From an uncultured delta proteobacterium (GTDB lineage: Bacteria; Desulfobacterota; Binatia; UBA9968), in the NCBI GenBank assembly GCA_963816145.1, contig CAWFJP010000003.1:352001-416000 (forward strand): a stretch of DNA of 64,000 bases. The letters are read 5' to 3'. Positions 49,233 through 59,583 of this stretch are shown here, piece by piece. A program made the translations under genes and the position numbers. Within the stretch, counting starts at the first letter, position 1. Every line of letters starts with the position of its first letter. The notes under the pieces were generated by a model, which was not told the origin of the DNA, did not search any database, and saw only the letters and a list, made by a program, of their open reading frames with translations.

Positions 49233-50204
49233 TCATCGCAACCCGATCTCCTTCAACGCCTGGCGCAGATAACTCTGATCGACATACTTCTCCGGACTGG
49301 GAATCGGCCCTTTTAAATTATTCTGTTCGGCATAGATGTCGACCACAGTTTTTAGGCCGTCCATCTCGACTTCTAATTCCGGATGCCAAGCCGGCGCGGC
49401 GAGATAATAATCCAAACCTTTCTCCGCCAAAGCCGGTGTCAGTTGGAACTCTTTCGCCAAGTACTCGATCGCCGCTTTGCGGTCCTGCTCGAACCATTTT
49501 TTCGCCCGCACCACTCCCTTGAGGAAACGCACGACCAAGGGGCGATTCTTTTCCGCCCAGCTGCGCCGCACCGAAAAAGCCGACAGCAAGTAATTGGGAA
49601 AGACATCGACCATGCGGCCGATCAAGTTGAAGCCCAGATCCTGCGCTTGAAAAGAATAGGGCACCGCCATCATCGACGCCGCGGTTTGGCCCGCGTTCAT
49701 GGCCAGAAACGCCGGGGTGGTGCCGCCGACGCTCAAGAGTTTGTAATCGCGCGGATACTCGAGCCCCTTGAGCTTGAGCGCCCGGCGCAGCACAAAGGTT
49801 GTTCCCGAGGTCAGAGTCGACGACCCGATGGTCGAGCCGCGCAGGTCTTCGTAGGTCCGGTAATTCTTCGCCCCTATCAGCATATGGGTGAGCTTGCTGC
49901 CGCTGGCGACCATGACCAGATCGGCGCCCTGCTCCACCGCCGTGATCGGCCCGTCGTTGGCGAGCAACGCCGCCGAAATCGAGTTGGCGATCAACGCCTG
50001 CACCGCCGGCGCCGTGCCGCGCATGAGCACGACGTCGACGTCGAGTCCTTCCCTCTCAAAATAGCCGCGCCGCCAGGCCGCCCAAAGCGTGCCGTAACCA
50101 AGCACTTTGGACGAAACCCCAACCGGAAATTTGACCCGCTCCTGGGCAAACCCCGAGGACGCCAAGAACATTCCAATCAAGACCAGCCAGCAAGCTCGCT
50201 TCAT
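49233..50204 (-). CDS. NMT1/SsuA-like ABC substrate-binding protein (orphan)
   Basis: GYFEREGLDVDVV, DLRGSTIG, PEKYVDQSYL. Confidence 0.87.
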   Translation of the reverse strand: MKRACWLVLIGMFLASSGFAQERVKFPVGVSSKVLGYGTLWAAWRRGYFEREGLDVDVVLMRGTAPAVQALIANSISAALLANDGPITAVEQGADLVMVASGSKLTHMLIGAKNYRTYEDLRGSTIGSSTLTSGTTFVLRRALKLKGLEYPRDYKLLSVGGTTPAFLAMNAGQTAASMMAVPYSFQAQDLGFNLIGRMVDVFPNYLLSAFSVRRSWAEKNRPLVVRFLKGVVRAKKWFEQDRKAAIEYLAKEFQLTPALAEKGLDYYLAAPAWHPELEVEMDGLKTVVDIYAEQNNLKGPIPSPEKYVDQSYLRQALKEIGLR

Positions 50205-50396
50205 CGAAGCCCCCTTGATCCACAACGATAGACGGGAATCGAGACAGATCAACAAACCGGCTGCCTTGTAACATGTTCAAATCGAGTTGGAAACTGAAAT
50301 TTGTGCCGCATACTTACACTGCGGAGTTCGTAACCGCCGCGGAATCTTGATACAAGAAAGAAAGCGGGAGCAAAGCCAACTCTTTCCTAAAGCCCA

Positions 50397-51668
50397 ATGG
50401 ACGAAGAAGTCATAGAACCAACCGCAGCGCCAATCACTGATAAGCCCGATACGGCCCGCTTCCGCACCTTCGCCTCGCTGCGCCATGCAGACTTTCGCTA
50501 TCTCTGGACCGGCACGGTGATGATGAGCGCCGGCCAGTGGGTGCAGCAGGTAACGCTCGGCTGGCTGATCTACGACCTCACCGGCAATTCCGTGCTGCTC
50601 GGCGCCCTCAACGGTCTGCGCGCGCTGCCGTTCTTGGTAACTGGACCGATGGCGGGTGTCGCCGCCGATCGCATGGATCGGCGCAAACTTCTAATCGGCA
50701 CCCAATGGGTGCTGATCGCTACTGCGATCTTATTTGGTGCCCTGGTTGCGTCGCCCTATTTGCAGGTCTGGCATATCTTTGCGTTCACTTTGGTCACCGG
50801 CGTTGCCTGGACGATCACCGAACCCGTGCGCATGAGCCTGATACCGAGCTCCGTGCCGAAGGACGAATTGGCCAACGCCGTAGCGCTCAACTCCGGCGGC
50901 TTTAACATGATGAAGGTGATGGGGCCGGCGCTCGGCGGCGCGCTGATCGCATGGGCCGGCGCGGCGGAAAATTTTTTCGTCCAAGGGGTCGCCTACGCCG
51001 GCGTCCTGACGATGATTTACAAAATGTATGTGCCGCCGCAGCGCGCCGAGGCGAAGCACACGTCGGCCATGGCAAATCTCAAAGAAGGCTTCGCCTACGT
51101 CTGGTCGACTCCGGCGGTCCTGGCGTTGATGACGTTGGCCTACATCCCGCGGATTTTCGCCGTACCGTATCAAACGCTGATGCCGGTGTTCCAAAAAGAC
51201 GTGCTCAAGATCGGTCCGGAAGGTTTGGGTATGCTAATGGCGGCGCCTGGCGTCGGCGCGGTGATCGCGATTCTCGTTATCGCGTCGATGAGCCATCGGA
51301 TCAAGCGTCAAGGCCGATTTCTGATCGCGTGCGTCATCGGCCTCGGTACATTCATCATGATTTTTTCGCAAATCACTTGGTTCCCGCTAGCCTTGGCGAC
51401 TTTAGTCGTGGTCGGCATGTTTCAAATGTTTTATCTCGCCAGCACCGCCACCATGCTGCAATTGATTGTCCCCGATGAACTGCGCGGCCGGGTGCTCAGC
51501 CTGTACATGCTCGACCGCGGCTTCATGCCCCTGGGCGCGCTGTTCGCCGGCACATCCGCTCACTTCCTCGGCGCGCCAACGACCGTCGCCATCATGGGCG
51601 CCACCGTCATCACCCTCGCCGCCTTGGTCGCCTGGCGCATCCCGGCGATCCGGAAGTTGAAATCGTAA
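50397..51668 (+). CDS. MFS transporter (MFS_3/DHA3-like)
   Basis: FASLRHADFRYLW, GVAADRMDRRK, VPDELRGRV; about 12 hydrophobic segments. Confidence 0.92.
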   Translation: MDEEVIEPTAAPITDKPDTARFRTFASLRHADFRYLWTGTVMMSAGQWVQQVTLGWLIYDLTGNSVLLGALNGLRALPFLVTGPMAGVAADRMDRRKLLIGTQWVLIATAILFGALVASPYLQVWHIFAFTLVTGVAWTITEPVRMSLIPSSVPKDELANAVALNSGGFNMMKVMGPALGGALIAWAGAAENFFVQGVAYAGVLTMIYKMYVPPQRAEAKHTSAMANLKEGFAYVWSTPAVLALMTLAYIPRIFAVPYQTLMPVFQKDVLKIGPEGLGMLMAAPGVGAVIAILVIASMSHRIKRQGRFLIACVIGLGTFIMIFSQITWFPLALATLVVVGMFQMFYLASTATMLQLIVPDELRGRVLSLYMLDRGFMPLGALFAGTSAHFLGAPTTVAIMGATVITLAALVAWRIPAIRKLKS

Positions 51669-51677
51669 TTGAACGGG

Positions 51678-51800
51678 TTCAAGCCTTTCAAACAGTTCAA
51701 ATCGTTCAAGCCGTTTTTGCGGTTCCGGTCGGTTCCCGGCCCGACTCCGGAAACGTTTTGAACGGCTTGAACGAAGCGAAGCGATTGAACGATTTGAACG
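51678..51800. repeat. 9-mer palindrome (GTTCAAGCC TTTCAAACA GTTCAAATC GTTCAAGCC / TTGAACGGC TTGAACG...ATTGAACGA TTTGAAC)
   Basis: Between convergent genes. Confidence 0.75.
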
Positions 51801-51807
51801 CGTTAAG

Positions 51808-53865
51808 TTAATTAAGGTTACCCAGCTGCATGACGAGATGTCCATATTGATTCACTGTAACTAAATCCCCCGGCTCCACCACGGTTGTCGACGCCGCTTC
51901 TTCGATGATCGCCGGGCCGGCGATGACGTTGCCTTGCAGCAGCTCGGCCCGGTCGTAAACAGGTACGATCACGGTGCCGGCGGCATCGAAGTTCACCATC
52001 CTTTCACCCCGCCGCGCCGCAGTCGGAGGGGTTGCGTCACCTTTCGGAATCTGCCGAAACAGCGGCTTGGTTAAACAACCGATCGCCGAGACCCGCAGAC
52101 TGACGATGTCGGCGGATTCTTCCGGCGCGCTATGGCTATAGCGCAGTTCATGGGCCACGTCGAAGCGCCGTTTCACCTCGGCACGCGCCGATTCGTCGGC
52201 GACGTTGGCTGGCATGCCGACCGCCACCGCATGCTCCTGTCCGACATAGCGCATATCGGCGGCACGCTCGAAGACGATGCGATCAAGGGCGATACCCGAT
52301 TCGAGGAGAGCCTTGCGTCCTTGGTCTTCCAACGCATTGAACTGCGCTTCCAACTCGCTCATCGCCAGATCGTCCAGGCGCTCGAACAGCGTCTGCACAT
52401 AGTCCCGGCGCAGGTCGGCCATGAGCATGCCGAGGGCGGAGAAATGGCCCGGCGCATTGGGAATGATGATCTTGGCGATGGATAATTCTTTGGCGACCGA
52501 TGCCGAATGGAGCGGCCCGCCACCGCCGTAAGCAACCAAGGTGAAGTCGCGCGGATCGAGTCCCCGCTCCAGCGTCACATGGCGCACCGTATTGGCCATC
52601 GCCGAAGTCGCCACTTGCAACATTCCGGCGGCCGCCCGCTCCAATGAGACGTTCAGCGGCCGCGCCAATTTTTCATGCAAAATCGCTTCTGCCATGGCGC
52701 GATCCAAACGCATTTCGCCGCCGAGAAACCGTTCCGGCGACAAGCGGCCAAGCACCACGTTGGCGTCGGTCACCGTCGGCTCAGTGCCGCCGCGGCCATA
52801 GCTTGCCGGTCCCGGCTCCGCCCCCGCGCTCTTGGGCCCGACATGAAGGCCGCCACCTTCGTCGAGAAATGCTATGCTGCCGCCGCCGGTGCCGACCTCG
52901 ACGATATCGAGGACGGGAATGCGGATCGCCAAACCTTCGTTGTAGCCGCCGATAAAATAATCCGGCGACAAGCTCGGTTCGCCGCGCCGAATCACGCAGG
53001 CTTTGGCGGTCGTGCCGCCCATGTCGAAAGCGATGGCCGCTTCGAGATCGAGCATCTCGCACAGCGCCATGGTGCCAACCACGCCGCCGGCCGGGCCGGA
53101 CTCCATCATCTGAATGCACTGGCGGCGCGCCATCTCGACATCCGATAGCCCGCCGTTGGACTGCATGATCATCAGATTGCCGGCGAATCTGTTTTGCTTT
53201 AAACGACGTTCGAGATCGCCGAGATATTGGCTGACCTTCGGACCGACATAGGCATTGGCCGCTACTGTCGAGGTGCGCTCGTACTCGCGATACTCGCGTG
53301 ACAGCTCGTGCGACACGCTGACGAAGAGTTTGGGCTCGGCTTCAAGTAAGATTTCGCGCATGCGCAGCTCATGTTCCGGCGCGCGATAGGAGTGGAGAAA
53401 CAGGACCGCCACGGCTTCGAAGCCTTCTTCTTTGATGATCCGTGCGACATCATGCGCTTCGTTTTCGTCGAACGGCGTGCGCAGCGAACCGTCGGCGAGC
53501 CGCCGCTCGCTCACTTCGAAGATATCTTCCCGCGGCACCAGGGGCCGATGCTTGCGGAAGCGTGGATTGAACGACTCCGGCCGGTTGATCCGGCCGATCT
53601 CGTAAACATCGCGAAAGCCCTTGGTAGTGACCAACGCCGTCTTCGCCCCCTTGCGCTCGATGACCGCGTTGACCACCACGGTGGAGCCGTGAATCAAAGT
53701 CTCGCTGTCCTCGAAGCGCACCGCCGCCTTGATCAAACCGTCCAGCACGCCGCGCGCCAACTCCGCTGGCGTCGACAACGTTTTCGCAAACGATAAATCA
53801 CCCCGCGCCTCGTCGAACACGACGACGTCGGTAAAGGTACCGCCAATGTCGACCGCCACCCTCAA
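51808..53865 (-). CDS. Hydantoinase/oxoprolinase subunit A (HyuA-like)
   Basis: VDIGGTFTD, EYERTST, MESGPAGG, DMGGTT, GPKSAGAEPGP, YGGGGPLH. Confidence 0.93.
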   Translation of the reverse strand: MRVAVDIGGTFTDVVVFDEARGDLSFAKTLSTPAELARGVLDGLIKAAVRFEDSETLIHGSTVVVNAVIERKGAKTALVTTKGFRDVYEIGRINRPESFNPRFRKHRPLVPREDIFEVSERRLADGSLRTPFDENEAHDVARIIKEEGFEAVAVLFLHSYRAPEHELRMREILLEAEPKLFVSVSHELSREYREYERTSTVAANAYVGPKVSQYLGDLERRLKQNRFAGNLMIMQSNGGLSDVEMARRQCIQMMESGPAGGVVGTMALCEMLDLEAAIAFDMGGTTAKACVIRRGEPSLSPDYFIGGYNEGLAIRIPVLDIVEVGTGGGSIAFLDEGGGLHVGPKSAGAEPGPASYGRGGTEPTVTDANVVLGRLSPERFLGGEMRLDRAMAEAILHEKLARPLNVSLERAAAGMLQVATSAMANTVRHVTLERGLDPRDFTLVAYGGGGPLHSASVAKELSIAKIIIPNAPGHFSALGMLMADLRRDYVQTLFERLDDLAMSELEAQFNALEDQGRKALLESGIALDRIVFERAADMRYVGQEHAVAVGMPANVADESARAEVKRRFDVAHELRYSHSAPEESADIVSLRVSAIGCLTKPLFRQIPKGDATPPTAARRGERMVNFDAAGTVIVPVYDRAELLQGNVIAGPAIIEEAASTTVVEPGDLVTVNQYGHLVMQLGNLN

Positions 53866-53898
53866 TTCAAGAACCTCCCGTTAACTCCGCCTCACCGG

Positions 53899-54009
53899 GT
53901 TCCAATAGTTCCAAAGGTTCCAGTCGTTCCACGTAGTCAGAAAAACGAACACAATCCCCTAATCTCCGAATACACTTGGAACACCTGGAACCGCTGGAAC
54001 ATTTGGAAC
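53899..54009. repeat. 9-mer palindrome (GTTCCAATA GTTCCAAAG GTTCCAGTC GTTCC / TGGAACACC TGGAACCGC TGGAACATT TGGAAC)
   Basis: Inverted tandem arms. Confidence 0.78.
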
Positions 54010-54028
54010 GCGCAGCGTTAACGCCGCG

Positions 54029-54382
54029 CTAGCCGCATCGATGGTTCGCCAAATATTCGCCGAGCCACTTATTCCATGCCAGGTCGATCTCACGCAGCAC
54101 CGCGGCATGCGCCTGATCGCCGAGCGCCGGTTCAACCAGAGCGACGATGCGCAGATCGACCTCGGCGAGATGCGGATCGGCGCAAAAGTGATTGCGCAGA
54201 ACCACCACACCTTCGGCCTCCAACTCGCCGAGCGCCTGATCCATCTCGGTCTTGCCGATGTTAGATCGCCGCAGCCCGGCCAAAACCTCGGTGGCAAAGC
54301 GTGCCTTCTTGCCGCGGCCGCTCAGAACCTCGAGCACGGCGTTCTTCGCGCTGCCCAAGTTAATGCTCGCGTGCTCCGACAT
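54029..54382 (-). CDS. Small hypothetical protein with NHFCADPH and C-terminal HRCG motifs
   Basis: 117 aa, co-oriented within the SBP-SBP-X-hyuA run, plausible codon usage. Confidence 0.7.
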   Translation of the reverse strand: MSEHASINLGSAKNAVLEVLSGRGKKARFATEVLAGLRRSNIGKTEMDQALGELEAEGVVVLRNHFCADPHLAEVDLRIVALVEPALGDQAHAAVLREIDLAWNKWLGEYLANHRCG

Positions 54383-54387
54383 CGTTC

Positions 54388-54472
54388 AATTCCAGATTCC
54401 AAATTCCATATTACAAATCGACGCAAAACCAGATTGCCGTCCAAACAATTTGGAATCTGTAATCTGGAATTT
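54388..54472. repeat. Heptamer palindrome (ATTCCAG ATTCCAA ATTCCA / TTGGAAT CTGTAAT CTGGAAT)
   Basis: Inverted tandem arms. Confidence 0.7.
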
Positions 54473-54477
54473 GTCAT

Positions 54478-55455
54478 TCATTGAATCTTATATCCGAGCT
54501 CGCGCGCCACTTCCTTGGCGATGCGGTCGTCGGCGATCTCGTCGAAGGCGACTTTGCGGTCGGTGAATTGTCCACTGGCTTGGAGCGACTTCATGATCAA
54601 ATCCATGCCGTCATGGGTAGGCACGCCGCTGCCGCTGACAGTTTTCTTGTAAACCGCATAGGTGTCCTCGGCCGCTTCTTTGTCGACTTGGAGATATTTC
54701 AGGATCAGCGCCACCGCCTTCTCGCGCGACCGGAGAATTTCCTGCTTGGCGAGCTGCATGCCGCGCAGCACCCGCTTCACTTCGTCCGGACGGTTGCGGA
54801 TTGTCGCCTGCATGGTGGTCAGGCCGCCGAGCGGCATCTTCACGCGCGAGCCGACGTCGAGCACTTCTCTGAACTTTTTCTTCTTGGCGTAGAAATCGAA
54901 CGGCGGGCTGAACATCGCGGCGTCAACGGTGCCGGTATCCAGCGCCGGCAGCAACTGCGGCGCGCCGAGAACCACGTATGCAAAATTCTTGGGATTCTCG
55001 CCGGCGGCTTCCAAGGCGATTTGCAGCGCCACATGCTGCGTGCCGCCGAGCCCGGTGACGCCGATCTTCTTACCACGCAGTTCGCGCAGGTTTTGAAACT
55101 CCGAGCGCGCCATCAGCGAGTAGATCAACTGGTCCGAGGCGAACCAGACGCCACGCGATGGCATGCCGCGCAAGGTCGCGCTTACCGAAGCCGGCCCGAC
55201 GCCGGAGAAATATTGGATCTCATTGGCCATCAACGCCATATTGCCAACTTGGGATCGAATCTGCACGATCTCGACGTGCAAACCATTCTCCTCGAAGATC
55301 TTCCACTGAATGCCGCCGTACAACGCCAGACAGCAAATCCCACCGCTAGGATAAGCGATGCGCACCCGAGTCAGCTTGTCCTGCGCCAGCACCGGTCGGC
55401 TGGCCATTGCTAGAACGAAAAAGAGCGCAACTCTAAGCCATAACTTGTTCATCAT
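54478..55455 (-). CDS. NMT1/SsuA-like ABC substrate-binding protein (orphan)
   Basis: IFEENGLHVEIV, LRGKKIGVTGLGG. Confidence 0.87.
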   Translation of the reverse strand: MMNKLWLRVALFFVLAMASRPVLAQDKLTRVRIAYPSGGICCLALYGGIQWKIFEENGLHVEIVQIRSQVGNMALMANEIQYFSGVGPASVSATLRGMPSRGVWFASDQLIYSLMARSEFQNLRELRGKKIGVTGLGGTQHVALQIALEAAGENPKNFAYVVLGAPQLLPALDTGTVDAAMFSPPFDFYAKKKKFREVLDVGSRVKMPLGGLTTMQATIRNRPDEVKRVLRGMQLAKQEILRSREKAVALILKYLQVDKEAAEDTYAVYKKTVSGSGVPTHDGMDLIMKSLQASGQFTDRKVAFDEIADDRIAKEVARELGYKIQ

Positions 55456-55481
55456 ACAGCGGCTCTCCCATATCCCTTCCG

Positions 55482-55518
55482 CACTCCATTCTCCATTCTC
55501 AATTGTCCATTATCAATT
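55482..55518. repeat. Single heptamer-repeat arm (CTCCATT CTCCATT CTCAATT GTCCATT ATCAATT)
   Basis: Five tandem 7-nt units between two SBP genes. Confidence 0.7.
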
Positions 55519-56516
55519 TATTGACGATAGCGTTTCGCCATCTCATCGAAGAACTTCTCGTTCTCCAGCTCTTGCAGCAAGCTCAGATCGACGAACTGCT
55601 CCGGCTTGGCCGTCTTGGCCTGCGGCACTCCCGGCCCGGACATGTCTACCAAGTTCTGAATCCCTTTCATGGTCGGATAGGGCTTCTTGGGTGTGCGCTT
55701 CAAATAATGCTGGTAGGAATAGTCGAGCACCTCGCTGTCGTTGGTGCGCATATACTTGGCCAGACTTTTAACCGTTGCTGGTTTATTGACGAAGGCAAAA
55801 TAGATCCCTTCGACGTAAGCCTTGAGCGCCGATTTGACGGTGTCGCGATTGCTTTTGATGTAGCTGCGCGCGGTCGCCAGGCCGCTGCCTTGGACTTCAA
55901 AGCCGATGTCGGCCATCTGAATCACCTCGACAAGTCCCGCCTTCACCGCCTGAGGCACCTCGGACGGATTGAAAAACGTTGCATCGACCCGGCCCGCGCT
56001 CATGGCGGCAAGGCGTTCCGGTCCGGTGCCTGTGGAGACGAAGGCGACATCCTTGCCTGGATCGAGATTGTATCGTTTGAAAAGTATCAACGCCGCATTA
56101 TGGGTTGCTGAGCCGAAACCGCTGATGCCGAATCTTTTGCCCTTCAACTGCTCGACCCGGCTGGCAACGCCGGGGCGGGCGAAGACACTTTGATCGTAAG
56201 AATTCTCCACCGAGCCGACCAATACGATGTCATGTCCTTGCAGATTGGCGATAATCACATTGCCGATGGTGACGATCGGCGGGTCGCCGCCGGTGAGCGC
56301 CTGGATAGCCACCTGACCGCCGCGTAAAAAGATCAGCTCGACATCGAGGCCATATTTTTTGAAAAGCCCCTCATCCTTGGCAATCCAGAGCTGCGCCTGG
56401 CGCGAGCTGATCGATGGATAGCCGATACGGATCTTTTGCAGCGGCTGCGCGGGCGCTCGTGTCGAAACGCTAAGCACCAATACGGCAACCAACCCTAGCG
56501 CAAGAAGAAACCTCAT
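55518..56516 (-). CDS. NMT1/SsuA-like ABC substrate-binding protein (orphan)
   Basis: GLFKKYGLDVELI, LKGKRFGISGFGS, KPEQFVD. Confidence 0.88.
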   Translation of the reverse strand: MRFLLALGLVAVLVLSVSTRAPAQPLQKIRIGYPSISSRQAQLWIAKDEGLFKKYGLDVELIFLRGGQVAIQALTGGDPPIVTIGNVIIANLQGHDIVLVGSVENSYDQSVFARPGVASRVEQLKGKRFGISGFGSATHNAALILFKRYNLDPGKDVAFVSTGTGPERLAAMSAGRVDATFFNPSEVPQAVKAGLVEVIQMADIGFEVQGSGLATARSYIKSNRDTVKSALKAYVEGIYFAFVNKPATVKSLAKYMRTNDSEVLDYSYQHYLKRTPKKPYPTMKGIQNLVDMSGPGVPQAKTAKPEQFVDLSLLQELENEKFFDEMAKRYRQ

Positions 56517-56727
56517 AGATTACCCTCTGATGTATGCCATCACTCGTAAACGGTCAAATGTTCACCTGATCCTCAATCAATAATTTGAGCACCGCCCATC
56601 TGATATACATCATCGGAGTGTGTCATTTCGAGTAAAGCGAGAAATCTCTCCCACTCACCGCCCAATGACTGGATACTCAACGCCGCGACTGTCGCTCGGT
56701 TGACAGGGTTATTTCCTGCATGTTTAC

Positions 56728-57687
56728 ATGCCGGTCATGCGGATCAAACTCATTATCCTCGCGTTCGTCCTGTTCGCTAACGTCTCAACGGCGTTTAGCC
56801 AATTGAAAAAGGTTCGCTTCTCAGTCGCGGCTCCCTCCATCGCCGAGATGCCGTTCCGCATCGCCCAGATCAAGGGCTTTTACCGCGAAGAAGGGCTCGA
56901 CGTCGAGGTCATCTTCATCCGCGGTGCCGTCGGCATGCAAGCCTTGCTCGGCGGCTCTGTGGATTTCTCCTCGGCATCGGGTTCGACCATCGCCGCCGCT
57001 GTGCGCGGCATTCCGGTCAAACTGGTCTTCATCGCTTCGGCCAAGCCGCAGTTCGACATGGTCGCGCTTAAAGACATTCGTTCCATCGCCGACTTGAAAG
57101 GCAAATTTGTCGGTATCTCGTCGCGCGGCGGCGCCGTCGATCTGCTAACCCAACTCATGGTGCAAAAAAATGGCTTGGTGCCGAACAAAGATGTCACCAG
57201 CCTGGTCATCGGCGGCCAGGAAGACACCGTGTTGGCGCTGCGCACCGGACGGATCGCCGCGGCGTTGTTGACGCCGCCGCGCCCGCTCATGCTGGCGCGT
57301 GAAGGTTTCAACCGCATCGGCTATTCGGGCGACTACATGCCGACCTACCCGAGCGGCGGCATCGGCGTCACCGACGATATCATTAGGAACAAGCCCAACG
57401 AACTGTACGCCTTCGTCAAGGGCAGCGTGCGCGGCCTGCAGTTCGCCCGCCAGAACCGCGCCGAGGCGAAAAAACTCCTAGCCGATTACTTTGCCCTCAA
57501 GGACGCCGCCCTCGCCGATCAATTTTTCGAACTGTACCTTAGCCGCCTGCCGGTGAACGGCTCGGCTGACGACGCCTGGATGAAAGGCGCCATCGAATTT
57601 ACCCAGAAGAGCTTGGGCGACGCCGCTAAGGAGGCGACTCCCAGTCAAGTTTTCGATTTCAGTTTCGTGAACAAAGCAGCGCGCTAA
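56728..57687 (+). CDS. NMT1/SsuA-like ABC substrate-binding protein (orphan)
   Basis: GFYREEGLDVEVI, DLKGKFVGISSRGG, VFDFSF. Confidence 0.88.
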   Translation: MPVMRIKLIILAFVLFANVSTAFSQLKKVRFSVAAPSIAEMPFRIAQIKGFYREEGLDVEVIFIRGAVGMQALLGGSVDFSSASGSTIAAAVRGIPVKLVFIASAKPQFDMVALKDIRSIADLKGKFVGISSRGGAVDLLTQLMVQKNGLVPNKDVTSLVIGGQEDTVLALRTGRIAAALLTPPRPLMLAREGFNRIGYSGDYMPTYPSGGIGVTDDIIRNKPNELYAFVKGSVRGLQFARQNRAEAKKLLADYFALKDAALADQFFELYLSRLPVNGSADDAWMKGAIEFTQKSLGDAAKEATPSQVFDFSFVNKAAR

Positions 57688-57736
57688 TCGCTCGCATTAT
57701 CTTCCGCAAAGAACACCAAGTACGCAAAGTCATGTT

Positions 57737-57814
57737 CACCACGAAGACACGAAGGACACGAAGTTTTCGGAATATTAATCTCCGACCTTCGTGCTCTTCG
57801 TGCCCTTCGTGGTG
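57737..57814. repeat. 9-mer palindrome (CACCACGAAGACACGAAGGACACGAAG / CTTCGTGCTCTTCGTGCCCTTCGTGGTG)
   Basis: Copy of the 29695-29766 family. Confidence 0.85.
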
Positions 57815-57833
57815 AGTACTGTCCGGCAAACCA

Positions 57834-59448
57834 ATGAACCAAAAACACACACCCGTTCTCATCGCCGGCGCCGGCCCGGTCGGCTTGGCCCTCGCCATCG
57901 AGCTTTCCTATCGCGGCATTCGCTGCCTGGTCGTCGAGCAGAGCGACGGCTCGGTAGATTTTCCCACGACCAACCTCGCCAATACCCGCACCTGCGAGCA
58001 CCTGCGCCGCTGGGGTTTCGCCGATCGCATGCGCTTCGAGTCGGGCTACCCAACCGACTATCCGCGCAACTATCTGTTCGTCTCGCGCATGGACGGTTTC
58101 GAGATCGCCCGCTTCGACCATCCAGCCAACGGCGCGCCCGACTCGCGCTCGCCTTACAGCCCCGAAGGACGGTTGTGGATTTCCAAACCCTACTTCGATC
58201 CGGTCCTGCGCAACCATGTCGCGACCCTGCCGCAAGTCGAACTGCGTTATCGCACCGAGTTCAGATCCTTCGAGCAAAGCTCCGACAAGGTGATCGCGAC
58301 GATCGTCGACGTCAAATCCGGGAACGAAGAATTTATCGAGGCTGACTATCTGGTCGGCTGCGACGGCGGCCGCAGCAATATCAGGCGCGCCCTTGGGATC
58401 AAGTACGAGGGGGTTTTTTCTCAAGGCATGAACGTCGCCGTGCTGTTTCGCTCGCCATTTCTCAGCTTAATCAAGCATGGCCCGGCGGTGCAGTATCAGA
58501 TCATCAATGCCCAGATCAACGGTGCCATCGCCGCAGTCGACGGCAAAGAGTTGTGGCGTTTGAATGTGCGCAATGTGTTGCAGGAGCAGATCGACAGTAT
58601 GAACGCGCCAGAGAAACTGCGCGCTGCACTCGGCCCCGACATTCCTTTCGAGTTACTCGCCGTTCGCCCGTGGACCGGCCACTGCGTGGTTGCCGACAGC
58701 TACCAGCAAGGTCGCGTCTTTCTCGCCGGCGATGCCGCCCACTTGAACTGGCCCGCGGGCGGCTTCGGCATGAACACCGGGGTCGGCGACGCCGTCGACA
58801 TCGGCTGGAAGCTTGCCGCTGTCTTGCAAGGCTGGGGCGGAAAGAATCTGTTGAATAGCTACACCGCCGAGAGAAAACCCATCGCCATGATCAACGTCAA
58901 CGAAGCCGCGGAGATGCGCGCCAACTTCGACAACCAAACGCCCTTCTCGCCAAAGATCAGCGAAGACAGCGACGACGGCAAAACGCTACGCGAAAAAGCG
59001 CACGCCGCGATCATGCGCACCCGCGCCAAAGAATTTCAGCATGACTCCGCCGGCATCGAGTTGGGCTATCGCTACGAGAACTCGCCCATCTGTGTCGCCG
59101 ACGGCACGTCGGCACCGGAACTCGATCACGGCCTCTACGTCCCGTCCACCTGGCCCGGCGCCCGCGCGCCGCACATCTGGCTGAAAGACGGACGCTCGAC
59201 GCTCGATCTCTTACGGCAAGAGTTTCGTCTTGGTGAATTTCTCCGGCACGAACACGAAAACGATCGCCGATGCAGCCCAGCGCATAGGCGTGCCATTGGA
59301 CGTTGTGAATATCAACGAAGCGAAGGTGCGCGAGATTTACGAACGTGATTTAGTCTTAGTCCGTCCCGACGGCCATGTCGCATGGCGCGGCAACTCGGTG
59401 CCGGCTAATTCGAGCGCGATATTGAACAAAGTGCGCGGAGCGGCCTAG
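57834..59448 (+). pseudogene. FAD-dependent aromatic monooxygenase (PheA/TfdB family) with +1 frameshift near 59211 (may be a sequencing error)
   Basis: GAGPVG, GCDG, GDAAH...GGFGMNTG, PGARAPHIWL; after STLDL the conserved tail (YGKSFVLV...LVRPDGHVAWRG) continues in another frame. Confidence 0.82.
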
Positions 59449-59480
59449 CAGAATAATTGATCCAATCCGATCTTACTTCC

Positions 59481-59577
59481 TCTCCCTTGACGGGAGAGGA
59501 CAGAGGTGAGGGTGCCCATCAAATTCAATGACGAGCGAAGCACTCCTATCCTAGCCTTTCGCCGTCGAGGGGAAAGG
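59481..59577. repeat. CTCCC...GGGAGAGG...GGTGAGGG-type palindromic repeat
   Basis: TCTCCCTTGACGGGAGAGGACAGAGGTGAGGGTG with degenerate inverted arm CACTCCTATCCTAGCCTTTCGCCGTCGAGGGGAAAGG. Confidence 0.6.
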
Positions 59578-59583
59578 AATGAA

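Noticed and set aside
28376-57814. CRISPR array
   Set aside because: Repeats are short tandem units in inverted arms without regularly spaced unique spacers; no cas genes.
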